Source: an uncultured Spirochaetota bacterium
GTDB lineage: Bacteria > Spirochaetota > Spirochaetia > SZUA-6 > Fen-1364
DNA length: 64,000 nt
Direction of reading: 5' to 3'
NCBI GenBank assembly: GCA_963745235.1
Contig: CAVUXE010000053.1
Coordinates: forward strand, 288,001 to 352,000
Shown: positions 29,927 through 39,399 of the stretch, one piece after another
Layout of the letters: each line of letters opens with the position of its first letter
Numbering within the stretch: position 1 is the first letter of the stretch
Made by a program: the position numbers and the translations under genes
Notes under the pieces: model-generated
The model's database searches: none
What the model was told of the DNA's origin: nothing
Seen by the model: only the letters and a program-made list of their open reading frames with translations

Positions 29927-31520
29927 ATGACCCGCTCTCCCCGCATGATCAGAAACCCTGTGCTCCGGGGTTTCTGCCCGGATCCCTCCATCTTGCGAGT
30001 AGGGGACGACTATTACATTGCCACCTCAACGTTTGAATGGTTCCCCGGCGTCTGCGTGTATCATTCCCGCGACCTGGAGCACTGGCGCATCGTCTCCCGT
30101 CCGCTTGACCGGACGAGTCTCCTCGACATGAGAGGAGATCCGAACTCGGGAGGAGTCTGGGCTCCGTGCCTGAGCTGGGTGGAAGGCCGGTTCCACATCG
30201 TGTACACGGACATGAAGCGCTGGACGGGACAGATCAAAGACTGCCACAACTACCTCACCACGGCGCCGACAATCGAAGGTCCTTGGACCGACCCAGTCTA
30301 TCTGAACAGCTCCGGGTTCGACGCGTCTCTGTTCCACGACACAGATGGCCGTTCCTGGCTGACGAACGTGCTCTGGGACTACCGGCCTTCCCACAACCCC
30401 TTCGGCGGAATCGTGCTCCAGGAGTACTGCCGCAAAGACAGCCGCCTGGTCGGCGAACCGCAGCGCATCTTCTCGGGGACGCAGTTGGGGCTGGTGGAGG
30501 GGCCGCACCTCTACCGCCGGGGAAACTGGTACTACCTGGTGACGGCGGAAGGAGGGACCTTTGCAACGCACGCGGTGAGCGTTGCAAGATCTGCGACAAT
30601 TCAAGGCCCCTTCGAGGTCATGCCGGGAAATCCCCTCCTCACCTCCGCGCATGATCCGTCCCTGGACCAGCAGAGCGCCGGCCACGGGAGCCTGGTTGAG
30701 ACGCAGGACGGCGAATGGGTTCTTGCGCACCTGGTCCGCCCGGCCCCGCGCAAAAGGCAGGTCCATCCTCGGGCGGGAGACCGCGCTGCAGCTTCTTGAA
30801 TGGACCCCGGACGGCTGGCCCCGACTCACGCGCGGCGGCCGGGCCCCGGCGGACACCTTCCCTGCTCCCGACCTGCCGGCCTGCCCATGGGAACCGGAGA
30901 AATCCGTCTATCATTTCGATGAGCCGGTCCTGGGCAAGCCTTACCAGTCCCTGCGGATTCCGCTGGACAACTCCTTGATGAGCCTGACGGAACGGCCGGG
31001 CTTCCTGCGATTGAAAGGGGCGGAAAGCATCTTTTCCAACTTCCGGCAATCCCTGGTGGGTAGGCGGATTGCCTCCTTCCGGGTCCGGGCGGCGACATGC
31101 GTGGAGTTCCAGCCCCGGTCATTCCAGAACCTCGCGGGACTGGCGGCGTTCTACAGCACGGAAAGCTTCTACTATCTTTACATCACTCGGTCCGCTCACG
31201 CTTCCAAGTGCCTGGGCCTCATGCAGTGTGAGCGCGGTCTGCTTTCTTTTGCGGTGGAAAAGGAAGTCCCTGTCGAAAACTGGAATCGGGTTCACCTGAG
31301 CTTCGCGCTTGACCATGAGAGGCTTCAATTCTCTTTTTCCCCGGACGGCGCGGCATGGACAAAGATCGGCTGGGAGATGGACGCATCCATCCTCTCCGAC
31401 GAGCACGCCAATCCGTGCGGTTTCACTGGCGCTTTCGTGGCCTTGTGCTGCCAGGATCTGACAGGCCACGGCCTTCACGCGGACTTCGATTTCCTGGAGT
31501 ACGTAGAGCTCGACAGCTAG
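29927..31520 (+). CDS. GH43 beta-xylosidase/arabinofuranosidase; frameshift near 30734
   Basis: 'NPVLRGFCPDPS', 'ATSTFEWFPG', 'GVWAP', 'EGPH'; the C-terminal beta-sandwich ('GRETALQ...GFTGAFV') is in another frame. Confidence 0.9.
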
Positions 31521-31528
31521 CAGACAGC

Positions 31529-31900
31529 CTACGAAACGTGCAGATTGCCCGCGCGACGCAGCGATTGAGATTCGTGGAGCTTGTGTGTGAAGTTCTGTAT
31601 CTCGCGAAGCACGGCCAGGAGCCCTTTGCCCATCTCGCTCAGCGAATACGTGACGGATTGCCGGTCGAAAGTGGCCTCCCTCCTGTCCAGCATCCCCGAT
31701 GACTCGAGGTGCTTGAGGCGCTTGGTCAGCGTCACCGAATTGGCATCCCCCAGGGCGCGCTGCAGCTCGGTGAACCGCAGCTCACCGGAACGCAGAAAAT
31801 CTATGATCCGCAGGGTCGTGTAGTCTCCGAGGAGCTTCAGGATCTCAGCCTGGCAGTGCTCCTCCGGAGAGCCGTTCCTGCGGCCGGTCGTCTCCTTCAT
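31529..31900 (-). CDS. HxlR-family winged-helix regulator
   Basis: 'LRFTELQRAL', 'TLTKRLKHLE', 'VTYSLSEMG'; conserved N-terminal Cys. Confidence 0.85.
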   Translation of the reverse strand: MKETTGRRNGSPEEHCQAEILKLLGDYTTLRIIDFLRSGELRFTELQRALGDANSVTLTKRLKHLESSGMLDRREATFDRQSVTYSLSEMGKGLLAVLREIQNFTHKLHESQSLRRAGNLHVS

Positions 31901-31985
31901 GGAGACAAATATACCGCATCTCTGCAAAAAAGTGTTGCCTAAGAAAATTAAGCACTATATCTTATGAAGCAGTTAAGGAGACGAT

Positions 31986-32921
31986 ATGAAAGCGGTTCAG
32001 ATCTCACAGTATGGCGATGCAGGTGTTCTCACCGTGGCGACGGATGCCCCGAAACCCGCGGTCGGTGACGGCAAGGTCCTCCTGGAGGTGCATGCGGCAA
32101 GCATCAACCCGGTGGACAGCATGATCCGCCTGGGGTACATGGCGAAAATGGCGCCCCTTTCCTTCCCTGCCACGCTGGGTACGGATGTGGCCGGCGTGGT
32201 GGTGGAGGTGGGGTCCGGCGCGGGGGACTTCAAGAAGGGAGACAAGGTGTTCGGCATGGCGAGCCTCCTGGCGGGGGCCAGCGGCGCGTTCGCCCAATAT
32301 GCAACTGTCCCGGCGGGCCTGCTGGCGCGGATCCCCGCTGGTCTTGACTTCACGCAGGCAGCCGCCCTGCCGCTCACCGGGGTGAGCGCGCTGGAAGTCA
32401 TCGATGAGAAGTTGAAGGCGGGAAAAGGCAGCAGGATCCTGATTCACGGCGGAGCGGGCGGGATCGGGACAATCGCAATCCAACTGGCAAAACACCGGGG
32501 AGCTTTTGTCGCGACCACCGTCTTTGGGGACGCCGTGGACTACGTGCGGGAGCTGGGCGCGGGCACGGTGATCGACTTCCAGAAGGAAGCGTTCGAAAAA
32601 GTCCTGAGCGGATACGACTTCGTCTTCGACACGGTTGCCGGGGAAACCTACAAGAAGTCATTTGCCGTGCTGAAGCGGGGAGGGACCATCATCTCCATGC
32701 TGGAGCAGCCGGATGCGGAGCTCGCCGCGAAATATGGCGTCACGGCCCTTTATCAAATGACGCAGGTCACCACTGCGAGGCTCAATTCCCTTGCGGAGCT
32801 TGTGAAGAACAAGACCGTCACGGTGCACGTGGACCGGGTCTTCCCCGTGGAAAAGGTGAAGGAGGCTTTCCTTGCAAGGGAAGGCGGAAAAGTGCGCGGC
32901 AAAGTCGTTCTGAGCCTATGA
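31986..32921 (+). CDS. MDR-family NADPH:quinone oxidoreductase-like protein
   Basis: 'AASINPVD', 'HGGAGGIG', 'GKVVL'; no Zn-binding Cys cluster. Confidence 0.88.
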   Translation: MKAVQISQYGDAGVLTVATDAPKPAVGDGKVLLEVHAASINPVDSMIRLGYMAKMAPLSFPATLGTDVAGVVVEVGSGAGDFKKGDKVFGMASLLAGASGAFAQYATVPAGLLARIPAGLDFTQAAALPLTGVSALEVIDEKLKAGKGSRILIHGGAGGIGTIAIQLAKHRGAFVATTVFGDAVDYVRELGAGTVIDFQKEAFEKVLSGYDFVFDTVAGETYKKSFAVLKRGGTIISMLEQPDAELAAKYGVTALYQMTQVTTARLNSLAELVKNKTVTVHVDRVFPVEKVKEAFLAREGGKVRGKVVLSL

Positions 32922-33541
32922 CACGGACGACCCCCGTGTTCACGACCCCCGCTTCGGAGCAGGCGCTCCAGCGGGTGGTCATAGGGCTCAAAGGGCGCAA
33001 CGTGGAGGCGGTGATCGTCGACACAGCCGACGAAGCGCGAAGACTCGTGTCGGAGAGGCTGCCCCAGGGGGCGGAGGTCTATTCCGGCAAGTCGAAGACA
33101 CTGCAGGACGCCGGGATCATGGACATGGTCCAGGATCCGCGCACCTACGATGCGCTTCGGCCGCGCTTGCTGAAAATGGACCGGCAGACGCAGGCCCGTG
33201 AGATCCGCAAGCTGATCGCGGCCCCGGATTTCATGCTGGGGAGCGTGAACGCCGTCACCGAAGACGGCATCCTGGTTGCCGCCTCGGCGACGGCAAGCCA
33301 GCTCGGTCCGTACGCCTATACGTCAGGGAAATTGATCCTGGTGATAGGAAGTCAGAAAGTCGTGCCCGACCTGGAAACGGCGCTGCGACGGATCAGAGAA
33401 TACGTTCTCCCATGGGAGGACCAGCAGGTGCGCGCGCTGGTTCCGACCGGATCATTCGTCGGGAAGATCCTGATCATCGAGCGGGAGTGGATCACCGGCC
33501 GCGTGGAGGTGATCCTCGTGCGGAATCCGATCGGGATGTAG
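32918..33541 (+). CDS. LUD-domain (LutC/YkgG-like) protein
   Basis: 'LGSVNAVTEDG...SATASQ', 'IGSQKVVPDL'; ATGA coupling. Confidence 0.75.
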   Translation: MTRTTPVFTTPASEQALQRVVIGLKGRNVEAVIVDTADEARRLVSERLPQGAEVYSGKSKTLQDAGIMDMVQDPRTYDALRPRLLKMDRQTQAREIRKLIAAPDFMLGSVNAVTEDGILVAASATASQLGPYAYTSGKLILVIGSQKVVPDLETALRRIREYVLPWEDQQVRALVPTGSFVGKILIIEREWITGRVEVILVRNPIGM

Positions 33542-33570
33542 GAGCGTACGTCGTGTGAGGAGGGCCCATC

Positions 33571-33957
33571 ATGGCTTCACGAGCTGAGTACATTCCCGGC
33601 GTCTGCAACATCGGGGCGGCTGAAATCACCAGACGCATCAGGGGCGGGTGGACAGGGCTTGCCGTGACCGTCGTTCTCTGGGCGGTTTTCTTCGTCTTCC
33701 GTGTCCCCGGTCCCTGGAGATTGTTTCTTTTCCTTCCGGCAGCAACTGGCGCCGCCGGCTTTCTCCAGGCCGCCTTCCATTTCTGCGCCAATTTCGGGAT
33801 GCGCGGAGTATTCAACTTCGGCCCCGAGGCGGGAAAGACAGACACCGTAGAGCAGGCTGAGTTCAGGCGCAAGGACCGCAGGAAGGCGGGCCTGATCTCG
33901 CTTGCCTCGGCGCTGATCGGAATTGTGATAGCCGTTGCGGGGTTCCTGGTTCCCTAG
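33571..33957 (+). CDS. Small membrane protein
   Basis: GGAGG RBS; 'YIPGVCNIG..E..RR' N-terminus; three hydrophobic segments. Confidence 0.7.
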   Translation: MASRAEYIPGVCNIGAAEITRRIRGGWTGLAVTVVLWAVFFVFRVPGPWRLFLFLPAATGAAGFLQAAFHFCANFGMRGVFNFGPEAGKTDTVEQAEFRRKDRRKAGLISLASALIGIVIAVAGFLVP

Positions 33958-35261
33958 ATGTACCCCACGGCCTTCGCCTTTGCGGCGAGGTCCCCCCGGA
34001 AGTCGGGGTGCGCAACCGAGATCAGCTCTCGAACACGCTCGCGCACCGTGCGGCCGCGGAGACGCGCAATGCCGTGCTCGGTCACAACGATGTCGACGTT
34101 GGACCTGTGCAGCGTCACGGCGGTGCCTTCGGGGAGTGTAGGTACTATTGTGGATACTTTCCCCCCCTTCGCGGTGCTGTAGCACGCAATGATCGATTTG
34201 CCCGCCCCGTCCAGCCCTTCGACGGAACCGATTGCCGTATCAGATTGACCGCCTGTCCCCGAATACTGGGTCGTGCCAATGGATTCACTGGCAACCTGTC
34301 CGGTGAGGTCGACCATGAGGCACGTGTTGACGGACACCATCCTGGTGTTCTGCCGTATGACCGCGGGGTCATTGACCCATCTCCCGCGCTCGAACTGAAC
34401 GGCCACATTGTCATCCAGCCAGTCGTAGAGCTTGCGTGATCCCATCGCGAAGCAGCAGACGAACTTCCCCTTGAGGAGCCCCTTGCACTGGTTGGTGAGG
34501 ACTCCCATCTCGTACAGCTCCATCATGGAGTCCACCATCATCTCCGTGTGGACCCCCAGGTTGTGCTTTTCCCGCAGGGCAAGCGCGGCCGCGTTGGGGA
34601 TTCCGCCGATTCCCAGCTGAATGGTGCTGCCGTCCTCCACGAGCTCTGCGATGTGTCCGCCGATGGCGAGGTCCGTCTCCGAGGGAGACGGGGAGGGGAG
34701 GGACGGCACTTCCTGGTCGTGCTCCACAAAAAGGTCCGCGGCGGAGACGTGCACCTGCGTGTCCCCGAACGTGCGCGGAAGCCGCGGATTCACTTCCAGG
34801 ACGACGGTCCCGGCCGCTTCGATGACGTCCTTCTCATAGGTGATCCCGAGGGAAAGGGAGACGTACCCATGGCCGTCGGGCGGAGTGCAGGTGCCAAAGA
34901 AGACGTCCGGGCTGTGCGCGTGGATCCGGTCAAGGGCGGCGCGATGGAGCATGTTCGGCACGTACGTCACCGTCCCGGTTCCCGCCCGAAGCGCCTCCCG
35001 CGACCCGGGGGCATGGAACCAGGAGGCAAGCTCGAAGTGCCCGCGCATCTCGGGCCGCATGTAGAAATCATACGGCTTGAGCGTGAGCACGGAGAAGACC
35101 CGCACATCCTCCACCCTGTCCGCCACGATATGGAATCGGGACATGCAGCCCTGGGGCTCCGAGGCGCATTGCGCCACGATGACGTCGTTGCCGCTTTGAA
35201 TCCGGCAGACCGCCGTGTCGATGTCGACGAGCTTCTTTTTGTACTCGTCTTTCCACTGCAT
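33954..35261 (-). CDS. Acetyl-CoA hydrolase/transferase family (4-hydroxybutyrate CoA-transferase-like)
   Basis: 'IQLGIGGIP', 'GVHTEM', 'DLTGQ', 'SGTGGQ.D', 'VVTEHG', 'AHPDFR'. Confidence 0.9.
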   Translation of the reverse strand: MQWKDEYKKKLVDIDTAVCRIQSGNDVIVAQCASEPQGCMSRFHIVADRVEDVRVFSVLTLKPYDFYMRPEMRGHFELASWFHAPGSREALRAGTGTVTYVPNMLHRAALDRIHAHSPDVFFGTCTPPDGHGYVSLSLGITYEKDVIEAAGTVVLEVNPRLPRTFGDTQVHVSAADLFVEHDQEVPSLPSPSPSETDLAIGGHIAELVEDGSTIQLGIGGIPNAAALALREKHNLGVHTEMMVDSMMELYEMGVLTNQCKGLLKGKFVCCFAMGSRKLYDWLDDNVAVQFERGRWVNDPAVIRQNTRMVSVNTCLMVDLTGQVASESIGTTQYSGTGGQSDTAIGSVEGLDGAGKSIIACYSTAKGGKVSTIVPTLPEGTAVTLHRSNVDIVVTEHGIARLRGRTVRERVRELISVAHPDFRGDLAAKAKAVGYI

Positions 35262-35272
35262 ATTCCGCCTCC

Positions 35273-36283
35273 TTAGAGCATGATCAGGTTTGCCCCGACC
35301 GCCAGGCCCGCGCCGGAAGCGACAAGGACCAGCGCGTCTCCCTTCTTCACCGTGCCTTCGCCCCGGGCCGTGTGCAGGGCCATGGGGACGCATGCGGACC
35401 CCGTGTAACCGTAACGGTCCATGACGCAGGTCGTCTTGCGGACGGGAAGCCCGAGGATCCCCATGACCTCGTGGATGACCGACCTGTTGATCTGCGTGAA
35501 AAGGAGGTGGTCCACCTGCTCCAGGGGCCATCCGGCCTTGTCCAGGAGCCGGTGCACGAGGGGCGGCCAGAGCTTCACGTTGCGGTCTCCCGGGAGCTTC
35601 TGCAGCAGCTCCAGCCCCCAGGTCCCGGCCTCTAGGATCTCCCGCGTGATCGGCGTGCGGGTGCCGCCGGCATAGACGCCGACGTAGTTCCATTGCGTAC
35701 CGTCGGCCTTGAGAACTCCTTCCACGTATCCACGGGAGCCATCGCGATCCTCCCGGCGGAGCAGGACCGCGCCGGCCCCGTCAGCGAAGATGGTCCAGCC
35801 GAACTCGTCGCCCGGCCGCAGGTAGGCCGGCATGTTGTAGACGCCGACCACGAGGGCGTAGCGAATCGAAGGATCAGTCATCATCATCCGTGCCACGGCG
35901 TCCAGCGCCGTCACGAAGCTCGCGCAGGAGGCGCCGACGTCGAAGGCCCCGGATTCCATTTCCCCGCCTTGCAGTCTTCCCTGGAGAAGGATCGAGGTGG
36001 CCGGAGAGATATGCTCAGGGGTGTCCGTGGCGACGACAAAGAGGTGCACCTCGCTTGCCGCCACCCCCGCGTCACGGAGGGCCGCCCGGGCAGCTTTCTC
36101 CGCAAAGTCCGCCGTGGATTCGCGGATGCCGCGCAGCCTCGCGATGTGCCTGGCCCGGATGCCGATTTTCGATTCCAGCCGCCCCGCGTCGAAGGAGATG
36201 CCCGTCAGGCGCGCGAGCTCCTGGTTGTCGATCGGATCACCCGGCACATAGAGCCCGGTCCCGACGATTCGCGCCGTGGCCAT
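35273..36283 (-). CDS. KAS III (FabH-fold) protein A, non-canonical active site
   Basis: GASCASF (Cys), FADGAGA, 'FTQIN' and 'YGYTGSA' at the His/Asn positions. Confidence 0.85.
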   Translation of the reverse strand: MATARIVGTGLYVPGDPIDNQELARLTGISFDAGRLESKIGIRARHIARLRGIRESTADFAEKAARAALRDAGVAASEVHLFVVATDTPEHISPATSILLQGRLQGGEMESGAFDVGASCASFVTALDAVARMMMTDPSIRYALVVGVYNMPAYLRPGDEFGWTIFADGAGAVLLRREDRDGSRGYVEGVLKADGTQWNYVGVYAGGTRTPITREILEAGTWGLELLQKLPGDRNVKLWPPLVHRLLDKAGWPLEQVDHLLFTQINRSVIHEVMGILGLPVRKTTCVMDRYGYTGSACVPMALHTARGEGTVKKGDALVLVASGAGLAVGANLIML

Positions 36284-36294
36284 ACGCCCTCCTT

Positions 36295-37428
36295 TCAATC
36301 CAGCCAGTCGGAGAACCCCCGCGAAAGGTAGCCCCCGATGGCTTCCACCGCCGCACGCGCGTTCAACGGAGTCATTTCGAAGGCGGCTTCGATGCCGGAA
36401 TAATGGGCTATGCCGAGGAGGAACTCGATTGCCGTCCCCTGGTCGGCATCACCGTTGCCTTCGGGGTTCTTTCGGTACCCGTCCACGAAATGGCCGTAGT
36501 ATTCCCGCACGGCCGCGGGGAGCACGAACTCCGCCTCGCGCACGATGGGATAGCAGTCCCTGTCCAGGGTGAGGTACACGAGCCAGAGCCACAGGCCCCG
36601 CAGCTCGCGCTCCAGCCGGTTGAGGGGAGAGCCATCGCTCGCCGCTATATTGCGGGAGATGAAGGAGCGCACGTCGTGGCTCAGCATGCGGATGAGCTCC
36701 GCGAAGTACGTCTCCTTGGACTCGAAGTGGCTGTAGAAGGCGCCGACGGACAGCTCGGCCAGGTCGGTGATCTCGTGGATATTCGTCTCGAAGAAGCCCT
36801 TTTCGCCAAAGAGCCGCTTGCCCGAACGGAGGAGCCGCTCGCGGGCATTCGCCTCCAGCGCGACGGGGTGGGGAGTGGCGGTCCCCCCGAAAACCCTGGT
36901 GGCGTCGAAGGTCATTCCGCGGAAAAGGCCCCTGCAGAGGATCTCGGGGAGGTCCTCGAACCGAATGACCACGCCGTGAAGGGCGCTTCGAATGGCGCAG
37001 AAGCGCAGTCCACCGAGAGCAAACAGATACTCGGCCAGCCCGATCTCCCGTCCGAGGGCGAAGCTCAGGCTCTGCTGGTAGATCGCCATCAGCCTTCGTT
37101 CGTACTCGAAGAAGCGGTATTGCCCTTCACGAAACACGGCGACGAGCCGCGAGTGGTCGCAAGAGAAGCTGACGACCGCCCGGGCAAGAGACTGGATGCG
37201 ATCTGTCTTGCACGAGCCTCCCGGCGCGGACACGGCGTTTCGGATCATTTGCAGCACCTGCTCGAGGATCCTTCGAAAGAGCGCCTCCTTGCCGTCGAAA
37301 TACCGGTAGAAAACGCCATTGGAAAGCCCGGCTCCCCGACAGATGGCGGCGACCGACACGGTTCCGTACCACTTATGCGAGAACAGCTCAACTGCTGACT
37401 CGATCAAGCGATCTTCGGTGCCCGGCAT
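36295..37428 (-). CDS. Tandem double TetR-family regulator
   Basis: Two HTH units ('ICRGAGLSNGVFYRYFDGKEAL' and 'ITDLAELSVGAFYSHFESKE') in 377 aa. Confidence 0.85.
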   Translation of the reverse strand: MPGTEDRLIESAVELFSHKWYGTVSVAAICRGAGLSNGVFYRYFDGKEALFRRILEQVLQMIRNAVSAPGGSCKTDRIQSLARAVVSFSCDHSRLVAVFREGQYRFFEYERRLMAIYQQSLSFALGREIGLAEYLFALGGLRFCAIRSALHGVVIRFEDLPEILCRGLFRGMTFDATRVFGGTATPHPVALEANARERLLRSGKRLFGEKGFFETNIHEITDLAELSVGAFYSHFESKETYFAELIRMLSHDVRSFISRNIAASDGSPLNRLERELRGLWLWLVYLTLDRDCYPIVREAEFVLPAAVREYYGHFVDGYRKNPEGNGDADQGTAIEFLLGIAHYSGIEAAFEMTPLNARAAVEAIGGYLSRGFSDWLD

Positions 37429-37443
37429 CAGACCGTCCGATCC

Positions 37444-37586
37444 GTGAGAGCCGATTCACTCACAACCGTCATCCTATCCTATCTATTGCGCAAAAACAAT
37501 AGAAAAGTTGCCATTGTTAGATCAAATAGAGCTTGACAACTCGACATGTGTGCAATAAGAATGGTGAGAGGCGATTCGGTTGTCAC
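37444..37586. promoter_or_regulatory. Divergent promoter region with two putative TetR operators and an inverted repeat
   Basis: GTGAGAG(C/G)CGATTC at 37444 and 37564; TCTATTG-N8-CAATAGA at 37482-37503; TTGACA at 37533. Confidence 0.55.
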
Positions 37587-37607
37587 TGGAGAAAAGGGGC
37601 ACCGCAG

Positions 37608-38615
37608 ATGCATGTCGGCATCATTGGGCACGGCACCTGGCTTCCATCCACTTTCATGAGCGCGGAGGATATCTCTGCGGCAACCGGCATTCCACAAGAT
37701 GTCATCGCCTTGAAGTTCGGCGTCAGGCGCAAGCCGGTTTCCTCTCCCGGTGAGACCACCGCCGCCCTGGGTCTCCATGCCGCGCGACGCGCCCTCGCTG
37801 ACGCGGGTATTTCCGGCTCAGAGGTGGACCTGGTGATCTGGTGCGGCGCACAGCACAAGGACTATCCGTGCTGGCTTGCCGGCCTTTATGTAGCAGACCA
37901 GATTGGCGCGAAAAACGCGTGGAGCTTCGACATGGAGGCCATGTGCGGTTCCATGATGGCCGCGCTGGATATCGCAAAATCCCTCATCATTGCGCGGGGG
38001 GACCTGGAAACGGTGCTTCTCGTTTCCGGGTACAGGAACAATGATCTCATCGACCTGAAAGAGCCTGCCACCCGGTTCATGCTCGACATCGGATCCGGCG
38101 CCTCGGCCCTGGTCCTGAGAAAGAATGCCGGACGAAACGCGGTCCTCGCTTCGGCATTTCGCGGGGACGGATCCTTCTCCGAGATGTGCGTCGTACCGAC
38201 CCTGGGCTCGAGGGCATGGCCTCCGTCCCCGGGGGATGAATCGCGCGCCCATTTCATCGTGCCTGACGAGGAAGCGTTCAAGAAGAAGCTGAACGATCTG
38301 ACTCTTCCCAACTTCTATGCGGTCATCCGGGAGTCTCTCCAGCGCTCGGGGGCCCGGGCAATAGACTATCTTGCGATCCTTCATTTCAAACGCAGCGCTC
38401 ATGGCGCGGTGCTCAAGGAGCTCGGCCTCGGGCCGGCCAACACAACCTACCTGGAAGACTACGGCCACCTGGGGCAGAACGACCAGGTCCTCTCCCTGGA
38501 GCTGGGGCTGGCCGCAGGCAAGGTTCGTGACGGCTCCACGGTGGTCTTTGTGGGCGCGGGCCTGGGATTCGTCTGGGCAGCGACAGTGATCACGTGGGGA
38601 CCCTTCAAGGAATAG
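37608..38615 (+). CDS. KAS III (FabH-fold) protein B, Cys-His-His type
   Basis: 'MEAMCGS' (Cys), 'ILHFKRS' (His), 'YGHLGQND', 'GAGLGFVW'. Confidence 0.85.
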   Translation: MHVGIIGHGTWLPSTFMSAEDISAATGIPQDVIALKFGVRRKPVSSPGETTAALGLHAARRALADAGISGSEVDLVIWCGAQHKDYPCWLAGLYVADQIGAKNAWSFDMEAMCGSMMAALDIAKSLIIARGDLETVLLVSGYRNNDLIDLKEPATRFMLDIGSGASALVLRKNAGRNAVLASAFRGDGSFSEMCVVPTLGSRAWPPSPGDESRAHFIVPDEEAFKKKLNDLTLPNFYAVIRESLQRSGARAIDYLAILHFKRSAHGAVLKELGLGPANTTYLEDYGHLGQNDQVLSLELGLAAGKVRDGSTVVFVGAGLGFVWAATVITWGPFKE

Positions 38616-38623
38616 GAGACGTC

Positions 38624-39361
38624 ATGCGTCTGGATGGAAAAGTGTGCATGGTCACCGGCGGCGCCCGGGGGATCGGCAAAGGGGTGGTGGAGACATTCGT
38701 CAGGGAAGGGGCTCGGCGCGTCTGGGCCCTGGACGTGAACGAGAGCGAGCTCGCCGCGCTTGAAAAAGGCGCCCTTTCCGTCACGGGCGTCGCCGTGGAT
38801 GTGACGAGCTCCGCCGCGGTGAACGCCGTTGTGGAGCGCGTCAGGACCGAGTCAGGCGGAATAGACGTCCTTGTGAACAACGCCGGCATAACGCGGGATG
38901 CAATGATCCACAAGATGAGCGACGCTGATTGGGATGCCGTGGTAAACGTCAACTTAAAAGGCGTGTTCTTCGTGACGCGCGCGGTGGCGCCGCTCATGAT
39001 GGAGGCGGGCCGGGGATCCATTGTCAGCATCAGCTCCATCGTGGGCCTTGACGGCAATATCGGGCAGACCAACTACGCCGCGACAAAAGGCGGCGTTGTC
39101 GCAATGACAAAGGGATGGGCCAGGGAGTTCGTTCGAAAGGGAGCAAAGATACGCGTCAACGCGGTGTCTCCCGGCTACACCCGCACTCCCATGATTGCCT
39201 CTGTGCCTGAGAAGGTCCTGGAGCCCATCATCGCCAGGACACCGCTGGGAAGACTCGCGGAGATCCGCGACATCGCGCATGCGGTCCTTTTTCTTGCCAG
39301 CGATGAGTCTGAGTTCATCACGGGCCAGGTACTCCGCGTGGACGGCGGCCTGGTCCTGTAG
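38624..39361 (+). CDS. SDR 3-oxoacyl reductase (FabG/PhaB-like)
   Basis: TGGARGIG, NNAGITRD, GNIGQTNYAATK. Confidence 0.88.
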   Translation: MRLDGKVCMVTGGARGIGKGVVETFVREGARRVWALDVNESELAALEKGALSVTGVAVDVTSSAAVNAVVERVRTESGGIDVLVNNAGITRDAMIHKMSDADWDAVVNVNLKGVFFVTRAVAPLMMEAGRGSIVSISSIVGLDGNIGQTNYAATKGGVVAMTKGWAREFVRKGAKIRVNAVSPGYTRTPMIASVPEKVLEPIIARTPLGRLAEIRDIAHAVLFLASDESEFITGQVLRVDGGLVL

Positions 39362-39399
39362 AGCCGGGGACGCCCAGGCGCCCCAAAAGGAGGAGCGAT

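Noticed and set aside
31529-33957. HxlR/oxidoreductase/LUD/membrane protein unit as a novel system
   Set aside because: Common redox-stress arrangement; nothing distinctive visible.
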